Source of the DNA: Deltaproteobacteria bacterium
GTDB lineage: Bacteria; Myxococcota; JADLHZ01
DNA length: 64,000 nucleotides
Direction: 5' to 3'
NCBI GenBank assembly: GCA_020848545.1
Contig: JADLHZ010000047.1
Location: forward strand, 32,420-96,419
Shown: in pieces, positions 28,556 to 39,535 of the stretch
Numbering within the stretch: position 1 is the stretch's first letter
How the letters are laid out: every line of letters begins with the position of its first letter
Program-made: the position numbers and the translations under genes
The notes under the pieces: model-generated
The model's database searches: none
What the model was told of the DNA's origin: nothing
The model's input: only the letters and a program-made list of their open reading frames with translations

Positions 28556-28849
28556 CTAGGCCGCGCGGGTAGAAGCGCCGGCCGCTTCATCGACCATGTC
28601 GACGATGCCGACGATGAGCGCACGACACGGGCTCGCCGGCTCTTCCAAGATCTGCCGAATGCCGCTGCCCTCGTTCATCACGAGGACGACATCGCCAACG
28701 CCCGCTTGCACGTTGTCCATGGCAATGAACGACTCGCCGGCCGCGCGACCTTGGGCGTCGATCGGCTGTACGGTGAGCGTCTTCTTGCCGACGAATGCAG
28801 GATGCTTGGCCGAAGCGACGACTGGCCCGAGAACCTTACATACGCGCAT
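28556..28849 (-). CDS. EutN/CcmL family bacterial microcompartment vertex (BMC-P) protein
   Basis: 97 aa. MRVCKVLGPVVASAKHPAFVGKKTLTVQP matches the EutN_CcmL N-terminal strand. GAAGGAG RBS. Confidence 0.75.
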   Translation of the reverse strand: MRVCKVLGPVVASAKHPAFVGKKTLTVQPIDAQGRAAGESFIAMDNVQAGVGDVVLVMNEGSGIRQILEEPASPCRALIVGIVDMVDEAAGASTRAA

Positions 28850-28866
28850 AGAGGACTCCTTCGACC

Positions 28867-29124
28867 CTACATGTGGTCTATGATTCCCACTACAGCAGCG
28901 TCGACGGGAACGAAAGTTTTCGGCAGCGCCAGCGAAGCCTCGCGGCTGCCGACGAGGTAGACGATGTCGCCTGGCCCGGCCTGCACGGTGTCGCAGGCGA
29001 CCTCGGGATCGCGCGTCGGCTTCAGCTCATGATCGAGCGGCTGCACGAGGAGCAGCTTGATGCCGTCGAGGTCTTTGACCTTCTGCGACGCGACGACGCT
29101 TCCGAGCACTTTGCCGAAGTACAT
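28867..29124 (-). CDS. EutN/CcmL family bacterial microcompartment vertex (BMC-P) protein
   Basis: 85 aa. MYFGKVLGSVVASQKVKDLDGIKLLLVQP...AVVGIIDHM. Tandem with the previous gene. Confidence 0.75.
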   Translation of the reverse strand: MYFGKVLGSVVASQKVKDLDGIKLLLVQPLDHELKPTRDPEVACDTVQAGPGDIVYLVGSREASLALPKTFVPVDAAVVGIIDHM

Positions 29125-29139
29125 GCGGGGCCCGCGCTA

Positions 29140-30612
29140 TCACGGTGCTTCCTTCGGCTGCAACGCCGCCCGCGCCGATTGCACGATGGTCGTCATCTGC
29201 ACTTTCGGGGCGAAGCGCGACTCCATGAGGTGCGCGAAGGTCGCGAGGGCCGACTCGGCCTTGAACGCGATCAGCAGGCGGGACGCGGCCGGCAGGAAGT
29301 CGTCGTCATGGCGCACGTGCAAGTACACGTCGGCCGCGCGCTCGACGATGGCGACGACCTCGTCGACGTGGCGGTAGGAGGCGTCTTTGGCGAGCGGCAG
29401 CATCGCTTTTTCGAAGCGCACGAGCATCACCGGATCGCAGCCGGTCGTGCGCAGCAGGGCCAGGTAGTACTCGAGCTTCTGCGGCGCGTCGGCCAGGTGC
29501 CACGAGATCGTGTGCCAATCCGTCGGGCTCATCTGCACCATCGCTTCATCGAACGCGCGCTCGAGCCGCTTCGTCGGCACTTGCCGATCGTCGAAGCGGA
29601 GCACGCAGTAGGTGAGCGATCCGTCGCGCGGCGGCGGCAAGAGCGCGCGGCCCTTCTGCATCTCGGCGTAGAGCGAGAGCACGTGATAGTTCGCCGTCAC
29701 GCTGAACGAGCCATGGTGCGCGACGAAGGGCTCCTTGTCGCCCATGAGCTCCTCGATGTGCGTCACCGCTTTGTCGCCGGTGAGGAGCAGCATGCGCCCC
29801 TTGCTCATCGCGCGTAAGGAATCGATGCAGCGCAGGCCCATCGCGGGGAACAGGAAGCTCGCGTGGTCGAAGTCGCGGTAGAAGTCGAGCAAGCGATCGA
29901 GCAGCGGCTCGTTGTAGCGCGGGCGATCAGCGCGGGCGTAGGCGAAGTGCAGCTTCACGTCTTCGATCTGCTCGCGGAACTTGTACTCGGGCTCGTGGCC
30001 GTCCTTCGAGCTCAAGCTGACGAGCCCGTCTTGGAGCACCTGTTTGTCCACCTTGAAGAAGTCGTGTGGCAAGGAGTCGAAGAGGTAGTTCGCGACGACG
30101 AGCAGCGCGCTGCGATCGACGAGCTCCATCAGGCCCTTGCGCGCTTCGAGGAGGATCGGCACGCGCGGCTTCGACGCGTCGAACACGCAAAAGTCGACGA
30201 GGCCGTCGGCGGCGAGCTGGCGGAGCGCGGGGTTCTTCCGATGCGCTTCGACGTTCGTCTCGGTGAAGTCGCTGAGCACGTAGCAGATGCGCGGCAGGCC
30301 GAGCGCGCGGCGCGCGTGCTCGTAGTGGCGCAGGAAGCCGTAGCCCAGGCGGCCGGTGCCCGCGCCGAGCTCCAACGCGTAGACGGTTTGGCCCAGGGTC
30401 ACGGCGTCGGCCGTGCGCAGATCATCGAGCCAGGCGGCGGCGAGCTTCGCGTAGGTGAAGGCGAGGCCGGCGTGGTTGCTGATCTGGCTCGGCACGGTGC
30501 TCTCGGTCCACGCCGTCAGGCCGCGGCGATCGTAGAACGCGCGCATGAAGCGCCAGATCGACGAGCGCGACAGCGGCCGCAGCGTCTCGAAGTAACGCGG
30601 CTCCTCCTTCAT
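29140..30612 (-). CDS. MidA/NDUFAF7-like SAM-dependent methyltransferase family protein (PF02636-like)
   Basis: 490 aa from MKEEPRYF. LELGAGTGRL SAM-binding motif and family-typical N-terminal YFETL...W region. The ATG overlaps the upstream stop (ATGA). Confidence 0.55.
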   Translation of the reverse strand: MKEEPRYFETLRPLSRSSIWRFMRAFYDRRGLTAWTESTVPSQISNHAGLAFTYAKLAAAWLDDLRTADAVTLGQTVYALELGAGTGRLGYGFLRHYEHARRALGLPRICYVLSDFTETNVEAHRKNPALRQLAADGLVDFCVFDASKPRVPILLEARKGLMELVDRSALLVVANYLFDSLPHDFFKVDKQVLQDGLVSLSSKDGHEPEYKFREQIEDVKLHFAYARADRPRYNEPLLDRLLDFYRDFDHASFLFPAMGLRCIDSLRAMSKGRMLLLTGDKAVTHIEELMGDKEPFVAHHGSFSVTANYHVLSLYAEMQKGRALLPPPRDGSLTYCVLRFDDRQVPTKRLERAFDEAMVQMSPTDWHTISWHLADAPQKLEYYLALLRTTGCDPVMLVRFEKAMLPLAKDASYRHVDEVVAIVERAADVYLHVRHDDDFLPAASRLLIAFKAESALATFAHLMESRFAPKVQMTTIVQSARAALQPKEAP

Positions 30613-31664
30613 TCGTCTTCTTCCTGCTCGGCCTTCTCCTTGGCGGCGACCGCTTCGCGCGCGCGGCCCAAGATGCCGAGCGAGCGCTGCACGAAGGCGT
30701 CGAGGTAGACGGCGAGAAAGCCGATCCAAGGCTTGAGGTCGCCCGGCAAATCCACGCGCAGCGTGACGTCGATGACGTGCGCGTCCGGTCCGTGCTGGCT
30801 GTCGATGCTTGCGACGATCTTGCCGCTCGCGTCGGTCAAGGTCGCCGCCGGCGTGCGCCCAAACGGCTCCTTCAGGGTCAGCGCGCGGTCTTTTTGCACG
30901 ACGCTCCACTCGAACGGCTTCTCGGGGTCGTGGTGCGGATCGCCGGTGATCGTGAACAGCGGCTCCTTCTTCGGCGATCGAACGACGCTCTCGCCACGGC
31001 CGTCGAGCAAGCGATACGCGTCGGCGAGCAACGCCGGCTCGACGAAGCGCGAGATCTTCGGCAGCGCAAACACCGGATAGAAGACGCGATCCAAGTGCAC
31101 GACGTAGCCGACCTCGTACTTTTCGAGCATCACCACGTTTTGCACGTCGAGCTCCAAAGGAAAGCCGAACGCCGGCGACTTCACGCGCACCGTTTGCATC
31201 AGCGCGAGCTTGTGCGCGAGAAAATGCGTCTGGAAGATGCCGAGCCGGCCGCCGCGCGCTTTCAGACACGCGGTCCGCAACGCCTCGGCGAAGGTCTTGC
31301 GCGGCGAGATCTTCTCGTTGCGAAAGAGCCCCCACGTGATCATCTCGGCGGAGAGGCCGTTGTGCAGGTCGTCCGGGCCGAGCTCGAACTCGCGCGCGAG
31401 CATCAGCAGCACCCGCTCACGTTCGCGATCCTCTGGCGCCCGCTTCATCCGCTCCGAGCTCGCGTCGAGCTTCCAGATCGGCTGCGCGAAGTTGTAGCCC
31501 CAGGCGTCCTTGTCGATGAGCTTCGTCCGGTGCGGATCGCGCGGCGGCCGCGGCGCGCGCACGGGCGGACCACCCTGGCGTTGGCCGGGCCGCTGCGGAC
31601 GTTTGGGGGGTGCCTGGGCCAAGCGCTTGCGTTCTCCGGCGCGGAACGGTTTGTAGAGAAGCAT
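30609..31664 (-). CDS. Hypothetical protein (351 aa), co-transcribed with the MidA-like methyltransferase
   Basis: Start at MLLYKPF (31664). The longer ORF N-extension is antisense to the nucleotidyltransferase gene. Confidence 0.45.
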   Translation of the reverse strand: MLLYKPFRAGERKRLAQAPPKRPQRPGQRQGGPPVRAPRPPRDPHRTKLIDKDAWGYNFAQPIWKLDASSERMKRAPEDRERERVLLMLAREFELGPDDLHNGLSAEMITWGLFRNEKISPRKTFAEALRTACLKARGGRLGIFQTHFLAHKLALMQTVRVKSPAFGFPLELDVQNVVMLEKYEVGYVVHLDRVFYPVFALPKISRFVEPALLADAYRLLDGRGESVVRSPKKEPLFTITGDPHHDPEKPFEWSVVQKDRALTLKEPFGRTPAATLTDASGKIVASIDSQHGPDAHVIDVTLRVDLPGDLKPWIGFLAVYLDAFVQRSLGILGRAREAVAAKEKAEQEEDE

Positions 31665-32613
31665 GTCAGCGCATCGGACGAAAGGATTTCTCCTCGCCGC
31701 CGGCTTCGGCACGCGGCTGTGGCCTCTGTCGGACGTTCGCGCCAAGCCGGCGTTCCCGTTTCGGGGGAAGGCGTTGATCGCGCACGTGGCGGCGCACATG
31801 CACGCCCACGGCATCCGCGACTTCTGGGTCAACACGCACCACTTGCCGACGAGCATCGACGTGGCGTTGCAACCCGCACGCGCGCTGCCGGGGGCGTCGT
31901 TCACGCTCGCGCACGAGCCCGAGATCCTCGGCACCTCGGGCGCCATCGTGAACCTGCGCGACGCCCTCGGCGACGGCGAAGTGTTGATCATGAACGCGAA
32001 GGTCGTGACGCAGATCGATCTCTCGGCGGTGATGGCGGCGCATCGCGCGTCCGAGGCGCCGGTGACGATGGTCTGCGTGCCGAATCCGAAGAAAGAGCGT
32101 TTCACCCACGTGGCCTTTGCGAAGGACGGCACGCTCGAAGGCTTCGTCTCCGGCGACAAGCTCGGCCCCGTCGACAAGCCTTACGTCTTCACCGGCATCC
32201 AAGTGCTCTCGCCGAGCTTCTTCGACTTCCTGCCGCCGCCTGGCTTCTCCGACACGATCAAGGACGTGTACCCGCGCATTCAGAGCGCCGGCCGCCGCAT
32301 CCACGTCTTCGCCGCGAACGAGAGCTGGAACGAGTTCTCGACGCTCGCGCGTTATCGCGACTTGCACGACGGCGGCTTCGTCGACGCGAGCGCAACGATC
32401 GGCAAAGGCGCGCGCACGGACGGCAGCGTCGTGTGGGAGCGCGCGCAGATCGGCGACGGCGCGATGCTCAAAGGATGCATCGTCGCGGACGGCACCGTCG
32501 TTCCACCCCGGACGACGCTCGAAAACGTCGCCATCATCGACGCCGCTCGCGTGAAGAACTTGGAAAAAGCGGCCACGCGCCTCGGCCCGCTCTTGTGCGC
32601 GCCGGTCGCGTGA
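31663..32613 (+). CDS. Sugar-phosphate nucleotidyltransferase with C-terminal left-handed beta-helix (MurU/mannose-1-P guanylyltransferase-like)
   Basis: [16 protein letters not shown] (GxGTRL) signature. Hexapeptide-repeat C-terminus. Confidence 0.75.
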   Translation: MSAHRTKGFLLAAGFGTRLWPLSDVRAKPAFPFRGKALIAHVAAHMHAHGIRDFWVNTHHLPTSIDVALQPARALPGASFTLAHEPEILGTSGAIVNLRDALGDGEVLIMNAKVVTQIDLSAVMAAHRASEAPVTMVCVPNPKKERFTHVAFAKDGTLEGFVSGDKLGPVDKPYVFTGIQVLSPSFFDFLPPPGFSDTIKDVYPRIQSAGRRIHVFAANESWNEFSTLARYRDLHDGGFVDASATIGKGARTDGSVVWERAQIGDGAMLKGCIVADGTVVPPRTTLENVAIIDAARVKNLEKAATRLGPLLCAPVA

Positions 32614-32627
32614 GCGAAGCAGGACGC

Positions 32628-33058
32628 ATGACCCATCGAGCCAGCTGGGACGATTACTTCATGAACATCGCCAAGGTCGTGAGCTCGCGCGCCACCTGCC
32701 CGCGCAAGTCCGTCGGCGCGGTGATCGTGCGCGACAAAGTGATCTTATCGACGGGCTACAACGGCAGCCTGCGCGGCATGCCGCACTGCAACGACGTCGG
32801 TTGCATGATCGAGAACGGCCACTGCGTCGCCACGGTGCACGCCGAGCAGAACGCGATCCTCCACGCCGCGCGCCACGGCGTGAACATCGACGGCGCCACT
32901 TGCTACGTCACGGCGAGCCCGTGCTGGAACTGCTTCAAGAGCATCGCCAACAGCGGGCTCGTGCGGGTGGTCTACGGCGAGTTCTACCGCGACGAGCGCA
33001 TCTTCGACGTCTCGAAGAAGATCGGCATCGACCTCTTGCACCTGGGCGCGCCGCCGGC

Positions 33059-33062
<4 letters not shown>
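32628..33062 (+). CDS. dCMP deaminase (ComEB-like cytidine/deoxycytidylate deaminase)
   Basis: HAEQNAI zinc motif and PCWNC motif. AGGACG RBS. Confidence 0.8.
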
Positions 33063-34204
<1,142 letters not shown>

Positions 34205-34207
34205 AAA

Positions 34208-34226
34208 AAAACGGTCGCGTCGTTTT
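34208..34226 (+). terminator. Weak AT-rich hairpin (AAAACG-gtcgcgt-CGTTTT) followed by TTTTCG, immediately after the lysC stop
   Basis: Seen in the sequence. Unusual A/T run in a 70% GC background. The stem is weak. Confidence 0.3.
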
Positions 34227-34261
34227 CGTATGCTACGATCTCTCACTGAGACCGAACTGCG

Positions 34262-34567
34262 ATGAGCGACACGAACGTCATCCCGCTGTTTCTCGTGCCA
34301 AGAGGCGCCCAGCCGCGGCCCCACGTTCGCCTCACGCTCGAAGAGGTCCGCCAGTTTCGCTTCTTGGAGTGCGCTGAGTATTCGGGCTGCCTGAACTTCG
34401 CGGCGCAGCTCAACTGGTCCGGCTTTCACTGCGTGCGCTGCGGCTCGTACCAAAAGCACCATGAGGCGCTCGCCGAGAAGTACGGCCTCTCGCGGCCGGC
34501 GTTCGAAGAGCAGCTCGTCGCGATCGGCGCCGTGCAGCAGCCTTCTGGACCGCGCCGGCTCCCGTGA
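34262..34567 (+). CDS. Small Cys-containing hypothetical protein (101 aa)
   Basis: ATG start. The stop overlaps the folE GTG start (GTGA), suggesting co-translation. Motifs CAEYSGC...HCVRCGSY. Confidence 0.35.
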   Translation: MSDTNVIPLFLVPRGAQPRPHVRLTLEEVRQFRFLECAEYSGCLNFAAQLNWSGFHCVRCGSYQKHHEALAEKYGLSRPAFEEQLVAIGAVQQPSGPRRLP

Positions 34568-35148
34568 ACCGCGACAAGTTCCCCGCCCCGCGCTTGTCCG
34601 ACGTCGCCCGCATGGAGCGCGCCGTCGCCGAGTTCTTGGAGGCGGCGCAGATCCAGAATGAGCGCACGAGCGAGACCCCGCGCCGCGTCGTGAAGATGTG
34701 GCTCGAGCACTTCATCGACGGCTACGGCCGAAAGCCCGAGGACATCATCCCGCGGCTGAGCCCGACGAAGGCCAAGGACCTCATCGTCATGAGCGACATC
34801 GAGGTGCACTCGATCTGCCCGCACCACCTCTTGCCCTACGAGATCAACGCGCACGTGGCGTTCTTGCCGGACGGCCAGACCGCGGGGTTCTCGCGCATCG
34901 CCGAGCTCGTCGAGTCGCGCGCGCATCGGCTGATCTTGCTCGAAGATCTCGTCGCCGACGTGGCCGACGTGCTGCTCGAACGCTTGGGCTGCAAGGGCGT
35001 CGCCGTCCGCTTCGACACGCGCCACGGCTGCATGGTGTTTCAAGGCTCACCGCGCAAGCGCACGCGCGTCGACGCCGTCGCGCTCCGCGGCGTGTTCGCG
35101 CACGACAAGGCGCTCGCGGCTCGCGTGCAAAAGACGCTGTACCGTTGA
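34564..35148 (+). CDS. folE: GTP cyclohydrolase I
   Basis: 194 aa. The HSICPHHLLPY active-site block corresponds to the FolE SMCEHH motif region. Confidence 0.85.
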   Translation: MNRDKFPAPRLSDVARMERAVAEFLEAAQIQNERTSETPRRVVKMWLEHFIDGYGRKPEDIIPRLSPTKAKDLIVMSDIEVHSICPHHLLPYEINAHVAFLPDGQTAGFSRIAELVESRAHRLILLEDLVADVADVLLERLGCKGVAVRFDTRHGCMVFQGSPRKRTRVDAVALRGVFAHDKALAARVQKTLYR

Positions 35149-35187
35149 CTTGACGTCGCGCGGGACGCCGCCGCAGTGTCTGAGAGC

Positions 35188-36369
35188 ATGCTGCCGATCT
35201 ACCTCGATCACCACGCGACGACGCCGCTCGATCCGCGCGTGCTCGCGGCGATGCAGCCGTACTTCACGGTGGACTTCGGCAACGCGTCGTCGCGCCAGCA
35301 CGCCTACGGATGGACCGCGGCGCACGCCGTCGACAGAGCGCGCGAGCATGTGGCGGCGTTGATCGGCGCCGACGATCCGAAGGAGATCATCTTCACGAGC
35401 ACCGCGACCGAGGCGAACAACCTCGTGTTGAAGGGCTTGGCCGCCGCGCTCGACGAAGATCACTTCGTCAGCGTGGTCACCGAGCATGCGAGCGTGCTCG
35501 AACCGCTCGCCGCGCTGAAAGAGCAAGGCAAGCGCGTGACGCTGCTGCCGGTCGACGGCGCGGGCATGGTCTCAGTCGACGCCGTGCGCGGCGCGATTGA
35601 AGATCGCACGATCGCCGTCTGCGTGATGCTCGCGAACAACGAGATCGGCACGCTTCAGCCGCTCGCGGAGATCGCCGCTGTTTGCCGCGAACGCGACGTC
35701 TACTGCGTGAGCGACATCGTCCAAGCGGCGGGCCACATTCCGGTCGACGTCAAGGCGCTCGGGCTCGACGCGGCCACACTCTCTGCCCACAAGCTGCATG
35801 GGCCAAAGGGCGCCGGCGCGCTCTGGCTCCGGCGCAGCAAGCCGCGCGTGCCGATCGCCGCGCAGATCCACGGCGGCGGGCATGAGCGTGAGCTGCGGGC
35901 GGGGACGCTCAACGTGCCGGCGATCGTCGGCTTCGGCGAGGCCGCGCGCATCGCCAGAGCCGAGCTCGACACCGACGCCGCGCGCCAGCGTTCTTTGCGC
36001 GACCGGCTGTTTCAGCGCATCACGGCCGGCGCGCGCGGCATCGTATTGAACGGCCCGAGCCTCGAAGGCGCGCGCCTGCCGCACAACCTGAACATCTCGA
36101 TCGAAGGCGTCGACGGTGAAGCGCTGCTCATGGAGCTGCGAGACCTCGCCGTCAGCAGCGGCTCGGCCTGTGCCTCGTCGACGCTCGAAGCATCGCACGT
36201 GCTTCGCGCCATCGGCCGGAGCGATGAGCTGGCGCACGCGGCGTTGCGCTTTGGGCTCGGTCGATTTACGAGCGAAGCCGAGATCGACGTCGCGGCGGAC
36301 CATGTGGTCGCCGGCGTCGCGCGCCTACGCTCGACTGGAGTGAAACATGTTGACCATCCTGAGCGATGA
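35188..36369 (+). CDS. iscS: Cysteine desulfurase (IscS/NifS family, class V aminotransferase)
   Basis: MLPIYLDHHATTP N-terminus, SAHKLHGPKG PLP-lysine motif, SSGSACAS active Cys loop. The ORF track also offers a GTG at 35176. Confidence 0.85.
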   Translation: MLPIYLDHHATTPLDPRVLAAMQPYFTVDFGNASSRQHAYGWTAAHAVDRAREHVAALIGADDPKEIIFTSTATEANNLVLKGLAAALDEDHFVSVVTEHASVLEPLAALKEQGKRVTLLPVDGAGMVSVDAVRGAIEDRTIAVCVMLANNEIGTLQPLAEIAAVCRERDVYCVSDIVQAAGHIPVDVKALGLDAATLSAHKLHGPKGAGALWLRRSKPRVPIAAQIHGGGHERELRAGTLNVPAIVGFGEAARIARAELDTDAARQRSLRDRLFQRITAGARGIVLNGPSLEGARLPHNLNISIEGVDGEALLMELRDLAVSSGSACASSTLEASHVLRAIGRSDELAHAALRFGLGRFTSEAEIDVAADHVVAGVARLRSTGVKHVDHPER

Positions 36370-36748
36370 CGACGCGGCCCCGAGCGAGGGCGGCGATCTC
36401 GGCGGCGACGACCCGGCCGTCTTCACGCTGACCGAGCGCGCGGCGAAGCAAGTGGCGAAGCTGCTTGCCGAAGAGCAAAAGACGAAGCCCGTGCAAGCGC
36501 TGCGCATCGGCGTGCGCGGCGGCGGCTGCAGCGGCCTGCAGTACTTCATGGAGATGACCGGCGCGCCGGAGCAAAACGACCATGTGCTCGTGCAGCACGG
36601 CGTCACCTTCTACATCGACAAGAAGAGCGCGAAGTACTTGCACGCCTGCGAGCTCGACTTCTCGAGCAGCCTGCAGTCGGCCGGCTTCAAGTGGAAGAAC
36701 CCGAACGAGAAGAAGAGCTGCGGCTGCGGCGAATCGTTCGCGGTGTGA
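36347..36748 (+). CDS. iscA: HesB/IscA/ErpA family Fe-S cluster insertion protein
   Basis: 133 aa ending CGCGESFAV. Overlaps the iscS 3' end. Confidence 0.8.
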   Translation: MLTILSDDDAAPSEGGDLGGDDPAVFTLTERAAKQVAKLLAEEQKTKPVQALRIGVRGGGCSGLQYFMEMTGAPEQNDHVLVQHGVTFYIDKKSAKYLHACELDFSSSLQSAGFKWKNPNEKKSCGCGESFAV

Positions 36749-36767
36749 GTGCAATCTTGAGTGCCAT

Positions 36768-37988
36768 GTGAACGCACCGGGCGACCTCGCCAGCGAACGC
36801 CGCATCGTCTTCGTTCTCGCCGCGGTCCAGTTCGTCAACATCTTGGACTTCATGATCGTGATGCCGCTCGGGCCGGACTTCGCCCGCGCGCTCGCCGTGC
36901 CTGTCGCCAACCTAGGCTACGTGGGCGGTGCTTACACGCTGGCGGCAGCCGTCAGCGGCATCATGGGCTCGTTCTTCCTCGATCGCTTCGATCGCCGTGT
37001 CGCCATGACCGTGAGCATGCTCGGCCTCGGCGCCGGCACTGCGCTCGGCGGCATTGCCTGGGACTTCGAGTCGCTGCTCTACGCGCGCATCATCGCCGGC
37101 GCGTTCGGCGGCCCGGCGACGTCGGTCGCGTTCGCGATCATCGCCGATCGCATTCCGCTCGAGCGCCGCGGCCGCGCGACTGGAGCCGTCATGGGCGCCT
37201 TCGCTGCGGCGAGCGTCCTCGGCGTACCGACCGGGCTCGAGCTCGCGCGCATCGGCGGCTGGAAGCTCCCCTTCTTCGCCATCGCCGGGCTGTGCTTCGC
37301 CATCACCGCTGGCGCGGCGTGGGTGCTCGAGCCGATGCGTGCGCACGTCGCCGCGGCTCGCGCGCCGACATGGCAATCGCTCGGCGCGCTCCTGCGCCCG
37401 CGGATCTTGCGCTCGTACCTGATGACCGCGCTCGCGATGGGCTCGGGCTTCATCCTCATCCCGAACATCTCGGCCTACGTGCAGGGCAATCTTCACTATC
37501 CGCGCGAGCGCCTCGGGATGCTCTACCTCTGCGGCGGCGTCATCAGCTTCGTCACGACCCGATACGCCGGGCGGCTCGTCGACCGCTACGGCTCGACGCT
37601 CGTGACGAACGTGGGCATCGCGCTGCTCTCGCTCACGATCTACGCGGGCTTCGTGGTAGTGCCACCGCAGATCCCAGCGCCGCTGATGTTCATGGCGTTC
37701 ATGCTCGCGATGGGCCTGCGCAACGTGGCGTACAACACACTGACCTCGAAGGTGCCAGCGCCGAACGAGCGGGCGCAGTTCATGTCACTGCAGTCGGCGG
37801 TCCAGCACTTGGCTTCTGCGAGCGGCGCCCTTATGTCGTCACGCATGCTGAGCGAGGGGCCGAATCAAGTGCTGATTGGGATGGATCACGTGGCGTGGGC
37901 GTCGATCGCCTTGGGGTGCGCGCTGCCCTTCGTCGTCTGGCGCGTCGAGACCGAGGTGCGGCGGGGCGTCGCCGAGATGCAGACATGA
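36768..37988 (+). CDS. MFS transporter
   Basis: About 12 hydrophobic segments. MFS-like loop motif. GTG start inferred at 36768. Confidence 0.65.
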   Translation: MNAPGDLASERRIVFVLAAVQFVNILDFMIVMPLGPDFARALAVPVANLGYVGGAYTLAAAVSGIMGSFFLDRFDRRVAMTVSMLGLGAGTALGGIAWDFESLLYARIIAGAFGGPATSVAFAIIADRIPLERRGRATGAVMGAFAAASVLGVPTGLELARIGGWKLPFFAIAGLCFAITAGAAWVLEPMRAHVAAARAPTWQSLGALLRPRILRSYLMTALAMGSGFILIPNISAYVQGNLHYPRERLGMLYLCGGVISFVTTRYAGRLVDRYGSTLVTNVGIALLSLTIYAGFVVVPPQIPAPLMFMAFMLAMGLRNVAYNTLTSKVPAPNERAQFMSLQSAVQHLASASGALMSSRMLSEGPNQVLIGMDHVAWASIALGCALPFVVWRVETEVRRGVAEMQT

Positions 37989-39400
37989 GACGGCTCCTGT
38001 GCGCTGTGCTGCTCTTGCTCGCAGCTTGTGGTCCTCGCGGTCTGCGCGCCACCGGCGCCACGTACTATCCGCTCTCGCCAGGCCCGTTCGCGCCGCTCGC
38101 GACCGACGGCGATCGCATCGTCGACGCGCGCGGCCGCCAGGTGATCCTGCGCGGGCTGCAGCATCACGCGTTGCAGGACGTGGCGTACCAAGGGCGCGAG
38201 GTCTTCGACGAGGACTACGCGCTCATCGCCGGGTGGGGCTTTCGTGTGCTGCGGGTGGCGATCTCGTGGAGCCGTGTCGAACCGCTGCCGGGCATGTATG
38301 CTGATTCTTACGTCGACGAAATCATACATGTGCTCGATCGCGCCGACGCCGCCGGGCTCGTCGTCATCCTCGAGTGGCACCAAGATCTCTGGGGCAAGTG
38401 CGCCGGGCCCACCGACGGCTTCAACAACGCCAACGGCGCGCCGGACTGGGCATGCGACCCGACGCTCTCTGGTCCGTTCGCGTACATCGCGCTCTTCGAT
38501 CGCATGTGGCGAAACGACGCCGGCCTCTTCGACGCGTACATCGCGGCCTTCTCGCACGTGATCGCGGCGGTCGCCGAGCATCCCGCGGTCGTCGGTTACG
38601 ACCTGTTCAACGAACCCTACGGCAGCGGCGACCCGAGCTTCGAGCAGGGCACGCTCTTTCCGAGGTACCGCGAGATGACGGCGCGCCTGCGCGAAGCCGG
38701 CGCCGGCGGCATCCTCTTTCTCGGCGCGCCCGGGTTTCGCAACGAGACGGGGCAGATGGCTGCCGAGCCGTTCACCGACGTCGATCCTGCGCTCGTCTTC
38801 GCGCCGCACCTCTACACGAGCTGGCTCTCGCTCTACATCTTCAACCAGAGCCCGAGCGCCGAGGTGAAGACGCAGGACTTCACGAACGCCGTCGCGCAGG
38901 CCGAGACCTTGGGGCTGCCGCTGTGGAACGGCGAGTGGGGCATCAACTACGGCTTGGCCGATTGGCGCGACTACGCCATTCGCCACGTGCGCCTCGAGGA
39001 CAAACACCGCATCGGCTCGGCGTACTGGGCGTTCAACCAGGCAACGCCGGGCCAAGGCGATCCGTCGGTCTCGGGCGCGACGGCGCTGTTGAACGAAGAT
39101 CGCTCGGTGCGCGAAGACTTGCTCGACGTGCTGTCGCGGCCGTACCCGCGGCAAACACCGGGCGTCCTCACCTCGCTCGAGTACGACTTCAAGACGCACG
39201 CGCTCGACGTCGCGTTCGAGGCGAACGCCACGCTCGACGCACTGATCCTCTACGCGCCGGCGCGGCACCTCACGGACGATCGCTGCCTTGTCGTGAGCGG
39301 GGGCGACGCGCGCTACGACTTCGACGCCGCGAACGAGCTCGTCCTCGTGTCCTTCGATCGTCCGGGGCCGAAGAAGGTCGCGCTGAAGCCGTGCCGCTGA
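37985..39400 (+). CDS. Glycoside hydrolase family 5-like lipoprotein
   Basis: Lipobox LLLAACG. NEP catalytic acid and GEWG nucleophile regions typical of GH5. The ATG overlaps the MFS stop (ATGA). Confidence 0.65.
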   Translation: MRRLLCAVLLLLAACGPRGLRATGATYYPLSPGPFAPLATDGDRIVDARGRQVILRGLQHHALQDVAYQGREVFDEDYALIAGWGFRVLRVAISWSRVEPLPGMYADSYVDEIIHVLDRADAAGLVVILEWHQDLWGKCAGPTDGFNNANGAPDWACDPTLSGPFAYIALFDRMWRNDAGLFDAYIAAFSHVIAAVAEHPAVVGYDLFNEPYGSGDPSFEQGTLFPRYREMTARLREAGAGGILFLGAPGFRNETGQMAAEPFTDVDPALVFAPHLYTSWLSLYIFNQSPSAEVKTQDFTNAVAQAETLGLPLWNGEWGINYGLADWRDYAIRHVRLEDKHRIGSAYWAFNQATPGQGDPSVSGATALLNEDRSVREDLLDVLSRPYPRQTPGVLTSLEYDFKTHALDVAFEANATLDALILYAPARHLTDDRCLVVSGGDARYDFDAANELVLVSFDRPGPKKVALKPCR

Positions 39401-39535
39401 GGGGTCTGCCCCTTGATCGGAGTGGCGAATCACGGCGCGTCGGCGCGGGCCGCGACGTGGGCGTGTACGAGCGCTCGCTCGCAAAGAGCGCGTCGAACGC
39501 GAGCTGCCGACTCGCGCGAGGCCACGCGCAGAGCG

